Source: Basidiobolus meristosporus CBS 931.73 (Eukaryota > Fungi > Basidiobolomycota). Taken from it: a stretch of DNA of 64,000 nucleotides. The stretch spans positions 1-64,000 of the forward strand of contig MCFE01000414.1 of the NCBI GenBank assembly GCA_002104905.1. Reading direction: 5' to 3'. The first letter of the stretch is position 1. Each line of letters begins with the position of its first letter. Shown here piece after piece: positions 37,868-64,000 of this stretch. The notes under the pieces are model-generated. The model did no database searches. It was not told the DNA's origin and was given only the letters and a program-made list of their open reading frames with translations. The position numbers and the translations under genes are program-made.

Positions 37868-38775
37868 GAATGTGGGTTGGAATATCCCAAGAATGTGTGT
37901 GCCAAGTTTGGGGCTCCTTGAGCAACCTATTGATTTTTCATCTCCACAGTGCCTGATACTTTGGTGCAATATTCTTGAAGTATTCTACCCAGATTCCCGG
38001 TTGGAGTTTACTAAGATATGTAGGCAATGATCCCAGTGACTAAGGGAGCATTTAGATGTAATCACAAAATTTCCAACCAAATACACCACAAAACCTCAAG
38101 CGTGCTCTACGTAGCTAGGGAAGCATACTATGTTCCATGTTGTACAAGGGTTAAACTATCTAACCGAAGCAAACACCATCCAACTTGGTAAAAGCAATGA
38201 TCAGTATGTGCAGGGAAAGGTCTCAGAAACCTTGGTGCAAGTTTGGAAATGTTGGGGGTTCCCGAGACTTGCATGATCCAAGGAGTTGGTAGCCACCCTA
38301 CCAAGCATCTCCTAAGAGAATGGTGGGGATTTTGGTGGTTAGCCAAGTAGAAGTTTGTGTCACATGAATCATGGACGTGGTGTCTTGAATGACCTGAACA
38401 ACTATTTAGGTGCCACACAGGTGATTCGCAACCCACCTAGTTGACAATCCAGGAGAATAAAAAGGATCTCTTCTCTCTACCAGTGCATGCATTGCTATAT
38501 TCCGGAGAGCCCATGGGATGGTTCGACCCTCTCTGGCTGAGGTGCTGAGCAGTTGACCGTCATGGTCAACATAATCCCCAGGCTGGTCACGTGCACGCGT
38601 GACATGACCGCTTAAAGTGATAGGCTGTTTGAATGGAAAGTTCGCTTATGTAGGAGTTTATTGTATGTACAGAATGGCTGCAGCCAGATCCACCGCGGTG
38701 TTGGGCGCTACCCAACCTGGCTGCAGACAGTCTTGAAGCATAAAGAGAACACAAACTGGAAGTTTCATGCGAAAG

Positions 38776-40196
<1,421 letters not shown>

Positions 40197-40455
40197 TGTT
40201 GCGGCCAGGTTAGAATATTTAGACTCGATAATTCGATTGAATATGTGGTGATGCAAGTCCAAGTTAGAAAGCCAGCCAAGGCAAATTGGAATACTTATCG
40301 ATTGAATGATTTGAGGTGGTGATTTGACGTCATGAATGAATGCAAAGTCATTTTGGATTTCACATGACCACCACTGCCTTCAACAGGCTCCATCAATTAA
40401 ACAGATCCCATATGCTCTCGATTCCTATATAACCAACCACAGCACATCAGGAACC

Positions 40456-41113
40456 GTATCCTTGTGCATTGGTATACCCACACCTGTGAAGTTTCAACTG
40501 AGGTTGGGTTATTGCTGATTGAAAACTACTACCAATACCCCACTTTCACGACTTGAAGAAGTCGGGAAAGTAATTTTTGTAGTGGCCTTCTTGAAGGCCA
40601 TATTTCTTATAAACAAACTCAAAATACATGAATACTATTGCGTTGATATCCGAGTCTGCGCTGTCTCGTAACATCGAAGGTTGCTTGCTGTGGGTGAACA
40701 AGTCCGACTTGTAATGATCACCAATCAAGGGCCTCGATACGTATGAATGAATAGTTCATGCTAGTAATGCTGCAAATCGAAATCAAATTGCCACTAAATA
40801 TATAGTTTGAAGGCCTAACTTGCCCTACAGCTATTAGCCTTAATGGTGTTGGTGGCCTTTTGAGCACATGGAGTGTCGGTTGATATGCTATATGTAATAT
40901 ATCGACAGAATGCTTACTTTTAACAATTACCAAATTTGTTTGATTTCAGTGTTTGTAATGAAGAAATATGGCCTTCAAGAAGGCCACTACAAAAATTACT
41001 TTCCCGACTTCTTCAAGTCGTGAAAGTGGGGTATTGGTAGTAGTTTTCAATCAGCAATAACCCAACCTCAGTTGAAACTTCACAGGTGTGGGTATACCAA
41101 TGCACAAGGATAC
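40456..41113. repeat. Perfect 153-bp inverted repeat with a 352-bp spacer
   Basis: 40456-40608 is the exact reverse complement of 40961-41113 (compared base by base). Each arm contains the mini-palindromes CGACTT-gaag-AAGTCG and TGGCCTTC-tt-GAAGGCCA. No flanking TSD was found. Confidence 0.97.
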
Positions 41114-41367
41114 CTATCCACCAAGCCAAGCCCGTCGGATATATACCTACGATGGGTGATTTGGGATGGTCGAGATTTGTCCGGGGCAACTGAAATTTGC
41201 CGTGGGTATGGCAGTGGATGCTTGGATGCTTGGGTGCGTTGAATACCCAAGAATTTATTCCAAAAACGTCCCTTGATTTCGATTCCTGGATTACAGTATA
41301 TGGTTGGTGTTTGAAGGGTTGAGGAGAAGGGAGGGATAGCTTGGCAGGGGCGAGGTTACATGGGCGC

Positions 41368-51525
<10,158 letters not shown>

Positions 51526-51910
51526 TCTTCAGTGTTGGTCGAATGAGTGCATGGATAGAAATTAAACAAGTTCTCGTGTCGAGTTTCATGTTTATTTGTT
51601 TTCTTGAGCTCAGTATTTTGCTCATGATTTACAATGGTAACAGTCACATCCAGTGACTGGCTGCGGTAAACTGGGATCAATTTTACTCTAGTGTACGATC
51701 GGTGAATGTATGCTTAGAGCTTGAGGCAGTACTTCTGGTTCTTGGTCCATCGTGAGGTAAACCCGATGACTAGCTCAAATAATTGTAGCCACCAAACTTG
51801 CATTTCTGCACATAGAAGAATTCAAAATGATATGACTGTTTACTGTTTTTTGTACAAAGTTTCTATTTTAGCTGAATATGTTGAATAGGATAAATCCGCC
51901 AACCGTTACT

Positions 51911-54227
51911 CTATTCTAAATATTGCATCAACTCTGAAATACGCTTTCGTTCAAAGAGAGCAGGATCCTCAGGATTTTCGGAGTCGCCGTCCCCGAGGTT
52001 GGTGAGGTAATCTTGGAGTGTGTCTTTGACGACTTGGAGACTATAGCTCTTACGGCTTAGAAGCATAACGACGCGCTTCTTCAGCTAAAAGTAAATGCCA
52101 TGAGTTGGATGAATTGGAATAGATGGAAACATGCTATGCCATAAATGGATAATACTCACAACTTCGTCTTGTTTGCACAGATACCCGATGGAAATGGCAG
52201 TCATTTGGAGAGTGAATAGGCCAGCATCCAATCTTTTGAGGTAAAATTGGGTTTCATCTTCACTGGTGATTTCTTCCTCTTCGGCCAAAAGCTCTTGCTT
52301 TGAGCGTTCAATCTCCTCATTAGCCAACTTAGCCTTCGCTATGTAGGCTTCAAATAGCTCCACCAATCTATCCACTTTCTCAAAGTCATTCTCGTTGAAT
52401 TTGTTGAAGAGGCGAAGTCGATCCACGCCGTCAGGAAGATATCTCAGCAAAGAAACAATAATGCACATTACGTGTTCTTAGAAAAGGTTAGTGCTTATAC
52501 TTCGTTGTATGCGTATTCGCTACAAGATACCTTCTTCTTCTTTGTCGGAGAAGTTTTTGTATGCTTTCTTCAGCTTCTTAACTCCCTGGTAGTATGCTCC
52601 TAATTAGTAATCAGGCTGGTCTGTACAGGTGTAGGAAAGGCACTTGCCTTTTTCATGAAGACGGAGAAGAGAGTTTTGAGGCCCAATATATCAACAAATC
52701 GCTTACAATTATTGGCACCGGCGGCTGTGGCAGTGGCGTAGTTCAATACCTTGAGAGCTCTCATTCTGGACATCACCTTTTCCCTGAGAAAGGATGAAAC
52801 GGTTACTGAAAATTCTTTTCTATTTTGGTAGGACAAGCTTACTTCAACATAATGAGCATTAGCTCATTTCCTTCACACTCCAAGAAGATTGGTTTGCTTT
52901 CGGGCTCCTGGAGACAGGAACTGAGCGCATCAAATACGTTCTCCATAAATTCTATCTCATCGGCATCCTTTGGGTCTTTGCGTTTATAGGACTAAAATAT
53001 GTTCAGTCCGGTGCTGGCAGGTGGAAGCAAACAAACTACACCTACGTTGAGAACCCGGAGCATCTTATCGATTCCATCCAATTCGTTAGCCTTAAGGCGA
53101 TTCACTCTGCTGTCTTGGAATAAAATGGCTAAGATTTCACTGCAATATTGCTTGTTAGAGTCCATAGACTTGACATTGATCCGGTTTAACAGCCAGGAAA
53201 GAACCGGCGTAGTAGAAACAATAATCTCGGCGATCTCGGGCTCAATAGATATGAGGTTTTCAACCACAGCTAACGTCTGGAAGACACCATTTCTATCCTC
53301 ATTCAACGATTCGTCTAGGCGGTTTAGGTTTTGAATCAAAATATCTAAACCCTGGTTGTCGACCTGAAGAGAAATTGTTAGCTGCCGATGCTTTCCGAGC
53401 AACGACAAAAATGTGGGACTCACCAAAGCCTGAACAAGCAACTTCATCGATTCCTCTGCTTCCTCATTAGTTCCGTCGTCATCTTCTTCGGTCAATGCAT
53501 TAAGTAACTCAACAGCAGATATAGCAATATCTGTATTTTCATGGCTCAGTAATGACAATATAGAGGCAACTGCGTTCAGCTCTATCAAGTTTGTATACAT
53601 CTCGGGCGCTTCACTAATAACCGCGAAATGCTTGATTTCTTCGTCTAGTTCTGCTTCGGAGTCTAAAAATCTGAAAGGAACGAAGGTAAGCATCAATCAT
53701 TCTGCACTAAGATCTAGACGATGGAAAAATACTAACTTCTCCGGGCTATCAGGAAATTTCATCCGCATTTCTTGGTTTTTATTGATAGCTTTTTCTAACT
53801 TTAATACCATCTTCTTGACGCCATTAACGTCAAAAGTTTCAGCCTAAACAGAAGTCAGTATACAGCGTTTTATGAAACATGATCTAGTATTCTACCTCAA
53901 GTTCATCACCCGCGTCAACAAATTCGAAGATGTTACGTTGTTCGTCAGTCAATCCGTCACCAAAAAAGCGACCTTCTGAATCGCCATCTAGCTCCTCGCT
54001 CTCTTGAGGTTCCTGCGCTAAGATTGAGCTCTCACCCTCCTCTTCTTCGCGAAATTTTTTTAGCATTTCGAGGGAAGGAGCAGCGGGCAATTTCCGCTTG
54101 TTTCTACCACTAGGAATGGCAGGTGCCTGAAAAAGTCGACGAGGTAGGAAATTTTAATGATGCATTCTTAGATCGGGTAGTGATCAATACCGATGTGGGG
54201 TACCTTGAATAAGCTGTTAATATCCAT
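51911..54227 (-). CDS. CTNNBL1: Beta-catenin-like protein 1 (Prp19/CDC5L complex armadillo protein), multi-exon
   Basis: MDINSLFK|APAIPSGRNKRKLP; EGRFFGDGLTDEQ; FLDSEAELDEEIKHF; SLLSHENTDIAISAVELL; KQYCSEILAILFQ; FVDILGLKTLFSVFM; EKVDRLVELF; FYLKRLDAGLFTLQ; stop at 51911. Confidence 0.93.
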
Positions 54228-54705
54228 CTCTGGGAAACTTGAATTGCTAGAACCACAGTGAAGAGTTGAAAGCAGACAGCAGTGCAAAAGAGGCGCGTAA
54301 TGGTAGGTGTGCACTTATTTTTCCAAACTAATGTTGATCTCCACACAAATCCAATTTGGAAATGCGTGATCATGGCAAGATCTGCATAACAGTGCGATTA
54401 ATTCATCTTGCCAATGTAAAGTTTTGTTCACAAACTACCACTGCAACAAGCCACATACTCTTGGTAGTCCGATCCAGTCAAGCGAGCCCATACTGGAGAA
54501 TTTTAATGGTTATTATAAACATACGTAGAAGTTGCGATAAGAATCTATCCGAAGATAACTTGAAATAGACATAGAGATAGACTAGGTGATATTCACAGGG
54601 GCCATAGTGATGGAGTTGCAATTGGAGAGGTTGAGCCAAAAATCGTTACATTGAAGGCAAAATTAAGGAAAACTAGACAGAGAATTGCAAGATTACGGCT
54701 CCATT

Positions 54706-57700
54706 CTAATACTCACCATGATCGCCTGTCACGTTCAACATCGTTTCCTCCATCGAGTCCAGAGGTGGCGAAATAACTCCATTTCGGGCAGTCCGCTCAG
54801 CACGGGATCGGATCACCTTCCCGTTGTTGGCAGTGACGCTTTGATAAGCCTCCAAATCTCGCTCTAAACGCATGACTTTGATTTTGAATTGATCGCGGGC
54901 CTTCAGTAAGGACAAGTTCTCCTTTTTCAAGACGATGTTCTCTTCTTTGAGCTGAGTGATGTGCTTGATCTTCTGCTTGGAGTTGTTGTGGCCTAACAAC
55001 TTGGCATTTTGCCCACTGAGTTTGGCCAATTCATCAAAGGCCATGGAATGCTTCTGTGCAAGGAACTGGGATTGAAGTTGCATCTGTTCCTCGATTTCCA
55101 TGCGGGCGTTTTCCGCAGCGTTTGCTTTACATCTTAATCTGTCCACCTCTAGCATGAGCTTCTCCACCTCCGCTTCGGCATTGTTGGCGATCTGGGCTAG
55201 TCGTTTACGCTCAGATAGCCACGAAGACATATCTTGCTCGATGCGACGGGTCAAACTTTCGATCTCCCTTTCTTTACGAGTGAGCTCACGTTCTGTTTGT
55301 TCCAGTTGCTGTTCTAGTATCTGGGTGGTGGCTTTGACATGGGCTTGGGATTGCTCGTTCATCTGAGCCATCTTGGTTTCCAGCTCTTGGATACGTCGCG
55401 CCTGAGCTTCGCTGGTGGCAAGGATAGCTGCTTTCTCCTTCTCTGCTCCCTCGGTTAACTGTCGGCGCTCTTCCTCAAACTCTTCACTCATTTTTGCCAA
55501 CAGAGACATAGCAAGGCTTGCTTCAAGTTGGTCTTTGAGCTGTGTTATCATTGAAACCTGCGCACTGAAGTGTGAGAGGTTCTGATAGATGTCTCTTTGA
55601 ATCTGAGCATCGTGGTGTGAGGAATTAAGGTCTTGGCGTAAGAGAGAGAGTTCACTACCAAGAGAACTGACTTCATTTTGTAAGTGCAGCACTTCCTCAA
55701 ATCCATCAGCATCAGATTCAGTAGTTCGAAGGGGCATACTCTCGAGCATGTCATTTAGATCGTTGGCTTGTTGGACGTGTGCCTCTAGCTCCTCTTTTAG
55801 TCCATCTATCTCATTTTCTAAAACTTGGATCTGTAGCTCCTGCTCAGTGGCTTTTGCAGCTAATTCTTGGATTCTAGTCGTTTTCTGTAGCTCCATTTCT
55901 GTTCTCTGGGAATATTGGTCCTTGAGATCCAGGAGAAGGAGTTGAATATGTGAATCACGCGCCTCGACCTCGCACTTTGTAGAAACCTGGGCTTCCACAA
56001 GTTCCACACTGGCTTGTTGAAGCTTCGAGTTTAGTTGTGCGATTTCATTCATTGTCGACTCTTTGTAGAGCTGAAACTCCTGTCTGGCACTATCGATGCA
56101 ACTTTGAAGAAGAGTCACTGCATTTTCATGGGATTCTTTCCCTCGTACGAGTTTAATGTTAATGGAATCAATAGCTTCGTTCAACTGCGCGACTTCGTTT
56201 TCCTTAGAGCTATGATGCGCATCACGCTCTCTGGTGACGAGGCTTATCTTGGCATTGATCTCGTCAACTCTGGAGGCGCTGGTCTCACGCTGCTGCTCAA
56301 GCTCACTGTTCACCTGATGCAGCTTGCTCTTCAATCCGCTCAGCTCTTCCGATTTCGATTGGCGATACTGCTCGAACTCCTGGCTGATTTCTTGGATGCT
56401 TGAGCCCAGATTCGCAGCTTGATCAGCGCTGGAAATACGGAATGCCTGGAGGTCATGGTTGGCCTCTAATATCGTATGCTGAAACAAGCTGAGTTCTTTT
56501 TGGATGGAGACTGTGCTGGCCTGCTTTTCCTCAAGCTTCTCGCAAAGTTCCTCGATGGAGGATTGGAATGTTTCAGATTCTTCCACATGCTTGTCTTCCG
56601 CTTTCTGCAACTCACCCTTGATTGACTGAATCTCTTGATTCTTGGCTTCCATCTGATCATTGAACTCCGCGGCTTTCTGCTCAATGATATTCTGGGTAGC
56701 AGTCAGCTGGGACTCAAGATCATGGACGGATCCTTCCAGTTCCTTGCGCTGCTCGGCAAATGACTCGGTAGCCTTGGCAAGCTCTCTGTTCGCGTCATCG
56801 ATAGTGGTTTGAAGGTCTGATACAGTAGACTGCAGATTGTCAATTTCTCGATCGTGCATGGTCCGTATCGATTCAAGCTTTTGTGTATGCTCCAAGAAAA
56901 GTGCTTCTCTTTCCGAGGCACTCTGTTCTTGGAACTTGGCGTGTGTCTGGGCCCCTTCGTCAACCTTGGCTTCCAACTGGTCAATAGTGGCTGCTTGCTG
57001 GGTTGTTTTCTTCTCAAAATCATCCAGCTGCTGGCTATGTACTTCCTGAAGATGGGCAATCTCTTCCTGATGTTGATGGGTAAGTGTGTTTTTCTCTTGT
57101 GCCCAGCTTTCTCCGTCTTGACGGCGCCCATCGATCTCCGTCTGCAACTTCTGCTCCAAACTGCTGATGATTTCTGCTTGAGCAGAACGCTCTTCGCGCA
57201 TTTGCTGCTGTAGGTTGGCGATTTCCAAGTCAAGCTGCTTTTTTATGGCCTCGAGCTCACTGATACGCTTCTCGAGGGCTTCCTTCTCTTCCGCCCACGA
57301 AAGCCGTTGCTGGGTCAAGTCCGACTCCGTCGATTCAAGCCTTTCAGTCAACGACTTGACTTGCACATCCTTCTGAGACAAATCCTGGGCATACTGAGCA
57401 CTCTGGCTGTCACGTTCAGAAGATAAGCGTTTTAGTGTGACAGTGAGATTCTCGATTTCGTTGAGAAGATCCGATTTCTTCGTCTCTGCTTGTGACCGAA
57501 CCTCGATCAGTTTGTCTTCTAAAGACTTCACTTGAACTTCAAACTCGGAGTTCTGTTTGCTTCTGCTGGCGTCCAACTCGTTGTAAAGCCTTTGCGACTC
57601 GGACAAACTTTGATTCAAAGTCTCAATTTGTCCTTCATAGGAAGATCGCCTCACTTCAAACTCCTCCTCCAGGCCAACCTTGTCTTGAGCTAGCTGATCC

Positions 57701-59294
57701 TTTAGCCCTTGTAGCTCTTTATGCGCAAGTTCAAGAGTAGCGAGCCGCTCAGAAAGCTCGGAGGTCTCGTTTGATAACGATTTCTGCTCGCTCTCCCAGG
57801 CAGTTTTTTCTTTGATGAACTCCTCTCGAGTTTTCTCTAGATTTTGCTCGAGACATTGAACTGCATGACCATGCTCCGTCCGGAGCTTTTCCATTTCATC
57901 AGCTCCTCGAAGTATCTCCTGACGACTGGCTTCCAGTTCTTGGCCCAGTTTAGAGACCTCTTCGGTATGCACTCCTTGGAGCTTAGCCAAGGCCTCCTTC
58001 TCCTGGAGTAGTTCCTGCTGGATTGTATCTAGCCGTTGCTGAAGGCCAGCAATTTCCTGGGCGTGTTCGGATTTCAATAGCTCGATAAGCTTTTGCGTCT
58101 CCCGCTTCTCAGTTTCCAAGGCATCGACTAGCTCATTCCGTTGCTGAAGCTCGGCTTTCATTGATTGGAGTTCCTCATTCACTGCACTCAGCTTCTGTTG
58201 AACCTTTTCCAACTCTTTACTGTGCACCTGAGCCAACTGGTCTCTCTGATTTACTAAGGAATCCATCTCTATTTTATTTTGATCACACACTTTTGCCATT
58301 TCAGCTTGAACCCTTCTCAACTCTGAGCCTTGCTGGTCCAGTTCAGCTTTCATTGAGGCGATAGTGGTCTTCAAGGCGGACTGTTCCGTGACGATCTTTT
58401 CCTTGGATTGCTCGGCTTTGTCGGCGACCCCGCGAAGCTTGACGTTCTGCTTCTCCAGCTCCTCGATTCGCTTCTGAAGTTGGATAGTTTTGGGGCCTTT
58501 GTCCATCAACGATTGGGCAGATCTTTCGGTTTTTTCAAGCTGCGCGAGCAGATTAGTTGGATGCGTATTAAGGCAACGGCCGGGGAAGCAGGATCGCACT
58601 TACATTTAACTTCAGGTGATTTTTTTGGATGGTCAATTGCTGGATCTCATTCTCCTTGGTTGCCACCTGGCTAGCGATGCTGTTCTTCTCCTTTACCGCG
58701 TGTTGGTATTGTAACTCCAGCTTGCGAGACTTCTCCTCCAGCTGTTCAATTTCCTTCTCGTGCATCAGGCTTTGCTTCTCGTACTTCTCCTTCCATCTCT
58801 CAACCTATGTTGATGGTGTCCAGTGAATATGGGGCCCCCTAGGACCGATGGTCCGAAATTTGATGACTCACCTCTCTCTTGTATTTCATCTCATCGATGG
58901 ATCTTCCGGGGTGCTGGGATAAAGAGGAGCTCGATCTGGAAGGAGGCTTGCGAGCGCTGTCAGGGGTATAGGAATCGTAGTATTCGCCCAGGCCATAGTC
59001 CTCTGGTGAAGTTTGGTTTGAAGGGGAGCAAATTAGAGCTGGGGTCGAAAATAAGCCAAAGTTCAGCACCACTCGATTTAGTACCTTTCTCTCCTTCACT
59101 GAACCGCTTGGACTTGTGTAGGAAGCCGTACTTTTTGTACCTGTCACCAGTGGAGGCGTTTATGTTGTATTCACCGGGGCCTGGGGTATCGCTAACTGGA
59201 GCCCAGAGGTTAGTGGCTGAGATGGCCTGAGCAGCCAACGGCTAGAGGGGCAGGAGTTACCTTTGTCATTAAATCGTTTAGAGGTCGAGAACAT
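54706..59294 (-). CDS. HMMR/RHAMM-like long coiled-coil spindle protein (~1,400 aa, 5 exons)
   Basis: N-terminus spliced as MFSTSKRFNDK|VSDTPGPGEYNI..GFLHKSKRF, resembling the HMMR N-terminal KRFND..P.PG.Y..F.KS.RF motif. ~1,250 aa of heptad coiled coil follow. The C-terminus carries the HMMR_C/KIF15-type motif AKLLGHNNSKQKIKHITQLKEENIVLKKE. Confidence 0.8.
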
Positions 59295-60823
59295 GGTTAA
59301 AGGGCACGGAGATTATATTCAAGAGGGTATAAGGGTGGGCCGGTTCCGCTTCAGGTGGTGTACTTCTTTGGGTGGGCCTTTGTTTTCTCAGCTAGCAACA
59401 CTGAAGTGGTTGGGGATATGAAAGTGGAAGAAACGAGACGACGAGAATAGAAGGGAGTCGGGTGGGGGGGGGGAGAAATAGTGATAAGATAGGTATAGAG
59501 GAGAGGTGCGCTCTTGGCTACGGAGCTACTTCAAAGGGGATAAAGGGAGATGGGATAAGGTTGTTTGAAGATAAGCAGTGGAAATTTTGTCCAATTATAC
59601 ACATTATAATGCTTCTAGCTGGGTAACTCTAAACACTAATCAACATGGTAAGAATGTGGGTTACGATCCAGCAATCCCAGAGCCAATTGATTCGGAGCCT
59701 CGATATGTATGAGAGACGTGGGATACGGGATTGAATTATTGTAGAGGAACTGAACCTATGAAAGCAATCCCATGTCAGGTCCGATGGATTCAATGGGGTT
59801 TTATGGTTGATCCGGATCACTCCCCCATGCCTGCTAATGTTGCTTGCAGATTCATGGAGTAATGGCGCCTCAGGGCCCGAGGACTCCCCCACCTGCATCC
59901 GCCCGGAGCACCAGCGAGGTTCGGGAATCAATCAAGACTACTTTGGTGAGCAAGCACACAGATCCTGAGGTTCAGCTCTCCGTAGCCGCTCCCGACAAGC
60001 CGGGACCTGCATTGCCAGGGTTAGCGTCTCCAAGACCACACCCAACACTGCTGTATGGCTGGTGGCATGGTTTAATTACAATGCATAATCATCTGATGCA
60101 CGCATTACATTCTGGATGTAGGGAGGGCACCGATTGGTGTGGGTGTAACGTCACATGCATAGTGCATCCATTCCAACCTCGATGCGAAGCCAAGGGTGGC
60201 TTATCCTAAAAATAAACAAATCATGCTGCTCTGACACCATACGATCCGATGATCCGATCCCACCCGTGGAGTCCCTCACCAACCAACCCCTGGGAACGGG
60301 TGAAGCCGCGGGGTGCTAGCGTTGAGGCTCAGATGGCAGTCTTCGCTACATGAGTAGACGCATGGGCCATATGGCGCACGCGGCCGCGGTGTGAAGCTCG
60401 CCAACCATAACCTCGGCTCGTTGTCGTGGCTGCTCAGGAGCTGGGTAGGCTTTATTTGTGGATTGCGAAGGGTTGTAGGGGGTTGGGACATGCCCGAATC
60501 CATGGCGTCAGGAGTGGTGGCGGGGTTAGATTGATATGGGTGGAGCGAGGCAGGTTGAGGCATTGGAAATAGAAGGGCACATTCTGGGGCTACTGCGGGT
60601 TTAATGTACAGGTCATTGCGGGAGAAGTGCACCGCCAAAGATGAGAGGATGGAGTGGAACGTGTGAGCAAGCCAGCCATGAAAGCAGAAGTGGTATGGGG
60701 TCGCCGGGATCGAAAGAGGCGAGGGAAAATTAGAGATACAGATCACAAGCATAGGGGTGGCCGATCCGGTGGTAGATGGTGCGAGGAGATGCTGCGGCTG
60801 ACTGGCCCCAGACGATGGTCTGC

Positions 60824-62964
<2,141 letters not shown>

Positions 62965-64000
62965 ACCTAGAGTGCTATAATGGGAACCGAAGGAGGCGTA
63001 TATACATAGGGTTGTATGCTTTCAATGCTCTGGGTGGAGTGGCTGCGAAGAGGATGGGCTTCACGTTTGGACGCTCACCCAGAAAATCCCGGAGGGAAAA
63101 GAGAGAATCCGAAGCGCGCAGCAGGAAAGTGAAAGTGACCGAGCAAAGGTTCGCCGGGAGTGCTGTAGAATACGTTGCTTCAAAAAAGAGTCGGAAGAAA
63201 TGCCAGGACCACCAAGCCACTTGCGAAGAGAATGCGCCGTAAATAAAACGAAAAATCAAGCCCCGTCTAGCGACAGGCGGTTCAATATACTCGCAAAATT
63301 GGTGGCAGCAATCAGTGGAGCCCAGTCGAATGGTTCCAGAATCATCATTAATATATAGAAATGAAGTTTCTTGCACCACTCCTAATCAATTCAAGATCCA
63401 CATTAATTGGGATTTCCTTTTGCATCCAACTCCATATATGACCAACTTCTCACAGCATTCTACAATGTGTAATGATGTTGCACCAGGCATTCCTACACCA
63501 ACGTCCATGATCTGGGTAGCCAGCAGCCCATCCATAGAACAGAGGCCCAGCGGCATCACGTAGAGCTGCATTCAGCGGCGGCGCTGGCGAACTGCCATGC
63601 TGCCCATACCTCGAGTGTTGGAGTGCTCCAGTTGCGAAAGAGATGTTTAATATAAAGATATATGCCTATCTACTGTGATACTAGAAGAGGGCGGGGATTT
63701 TGGGGGATTCCAATGGGTTGGAACCACGATCGTGTAATGTGTCAACAATGCTGCACGTACTGCCTGCGAGGGTGCAATGGTTTGGGGTAATCATAGGGAG
63801 AGGAAGTAGATGAGAAACTAAGATCAAGGGGAAACAGCGGACGGGTGCTTTCAAAATGGTAACGGATCAAAACGAGAGGCATACGCGACGAGTCATTTCA
63901 GGTTGGCGGCAAAGCTGGTCTGCCTGGAGTATAAAACAACGGAGCGGGCGTGAAGGAGGCATGGCGAGGAGGCGCTTCCTAAATCTGCACCATCAACGCC

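Noticed and set aside
29189-38100. CRISPR-like or satellite array suggested by recurring sequences
   Set aside because: The repeats are explained as copies of one copia LTR. No CRISPR array, tRNA or rRNA gene was recognised anywhere in the window.
38587-38604. Quasi-palindrome GTCACGTGCACGCGTGAC (E-box plus MCB-like)
   Set aside because: It lies downstream of CSN5 with no gene start nearby, so there is no support for a promoter role.

Overview
Intron-rich eukaryotic DNA, most likely from an early-diverging fungus; the taxon is inferred from 50-67 nt GT-AG introns with CTAAC-like branch points and fungal-type WEE1/CSN5/CTNNBL1 sequences. Two blocks of decayed, CpG-depleted transposons (~1-11.6 kb and ~29.1-38.1 kb; CACTA/EnSpm, Ty1/copia, Ty3/gypsy, solo LTRs) alternate with CpG-normal gene regions. 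All recognisable host genes lie on the minus strand. They are: a 13-exon, ~2,959-aa chromodomain-ankyrin-WGR-PARP-CHFR/PBZ protein (12432-22029), a 4-finger C2H2 protein, CSN5/RRI1, ATR/MEC1/rad3, CTNNBL1, an HMMR/RHAMM-like coiled-coil protein and a WEE1-family kinase. The best candidate for an undescribed system is the giant PARP. In one chain it combines an MPP8-like methyl-lysine-reading chromodomain, a long ankyrin array, an apparently active PARP1-type catalytic unit (H-Y-E intact) and a CHFR-type Cys-rich/PBZ poly(ADP-ribose) reader, i.e. a possible heterochromatin reader-writer-reader. A perfect 153-bp inverted repeat sits between ATR and CSN5. Splice models and sequence comparisons were made by eye and from memory; no searches were run.
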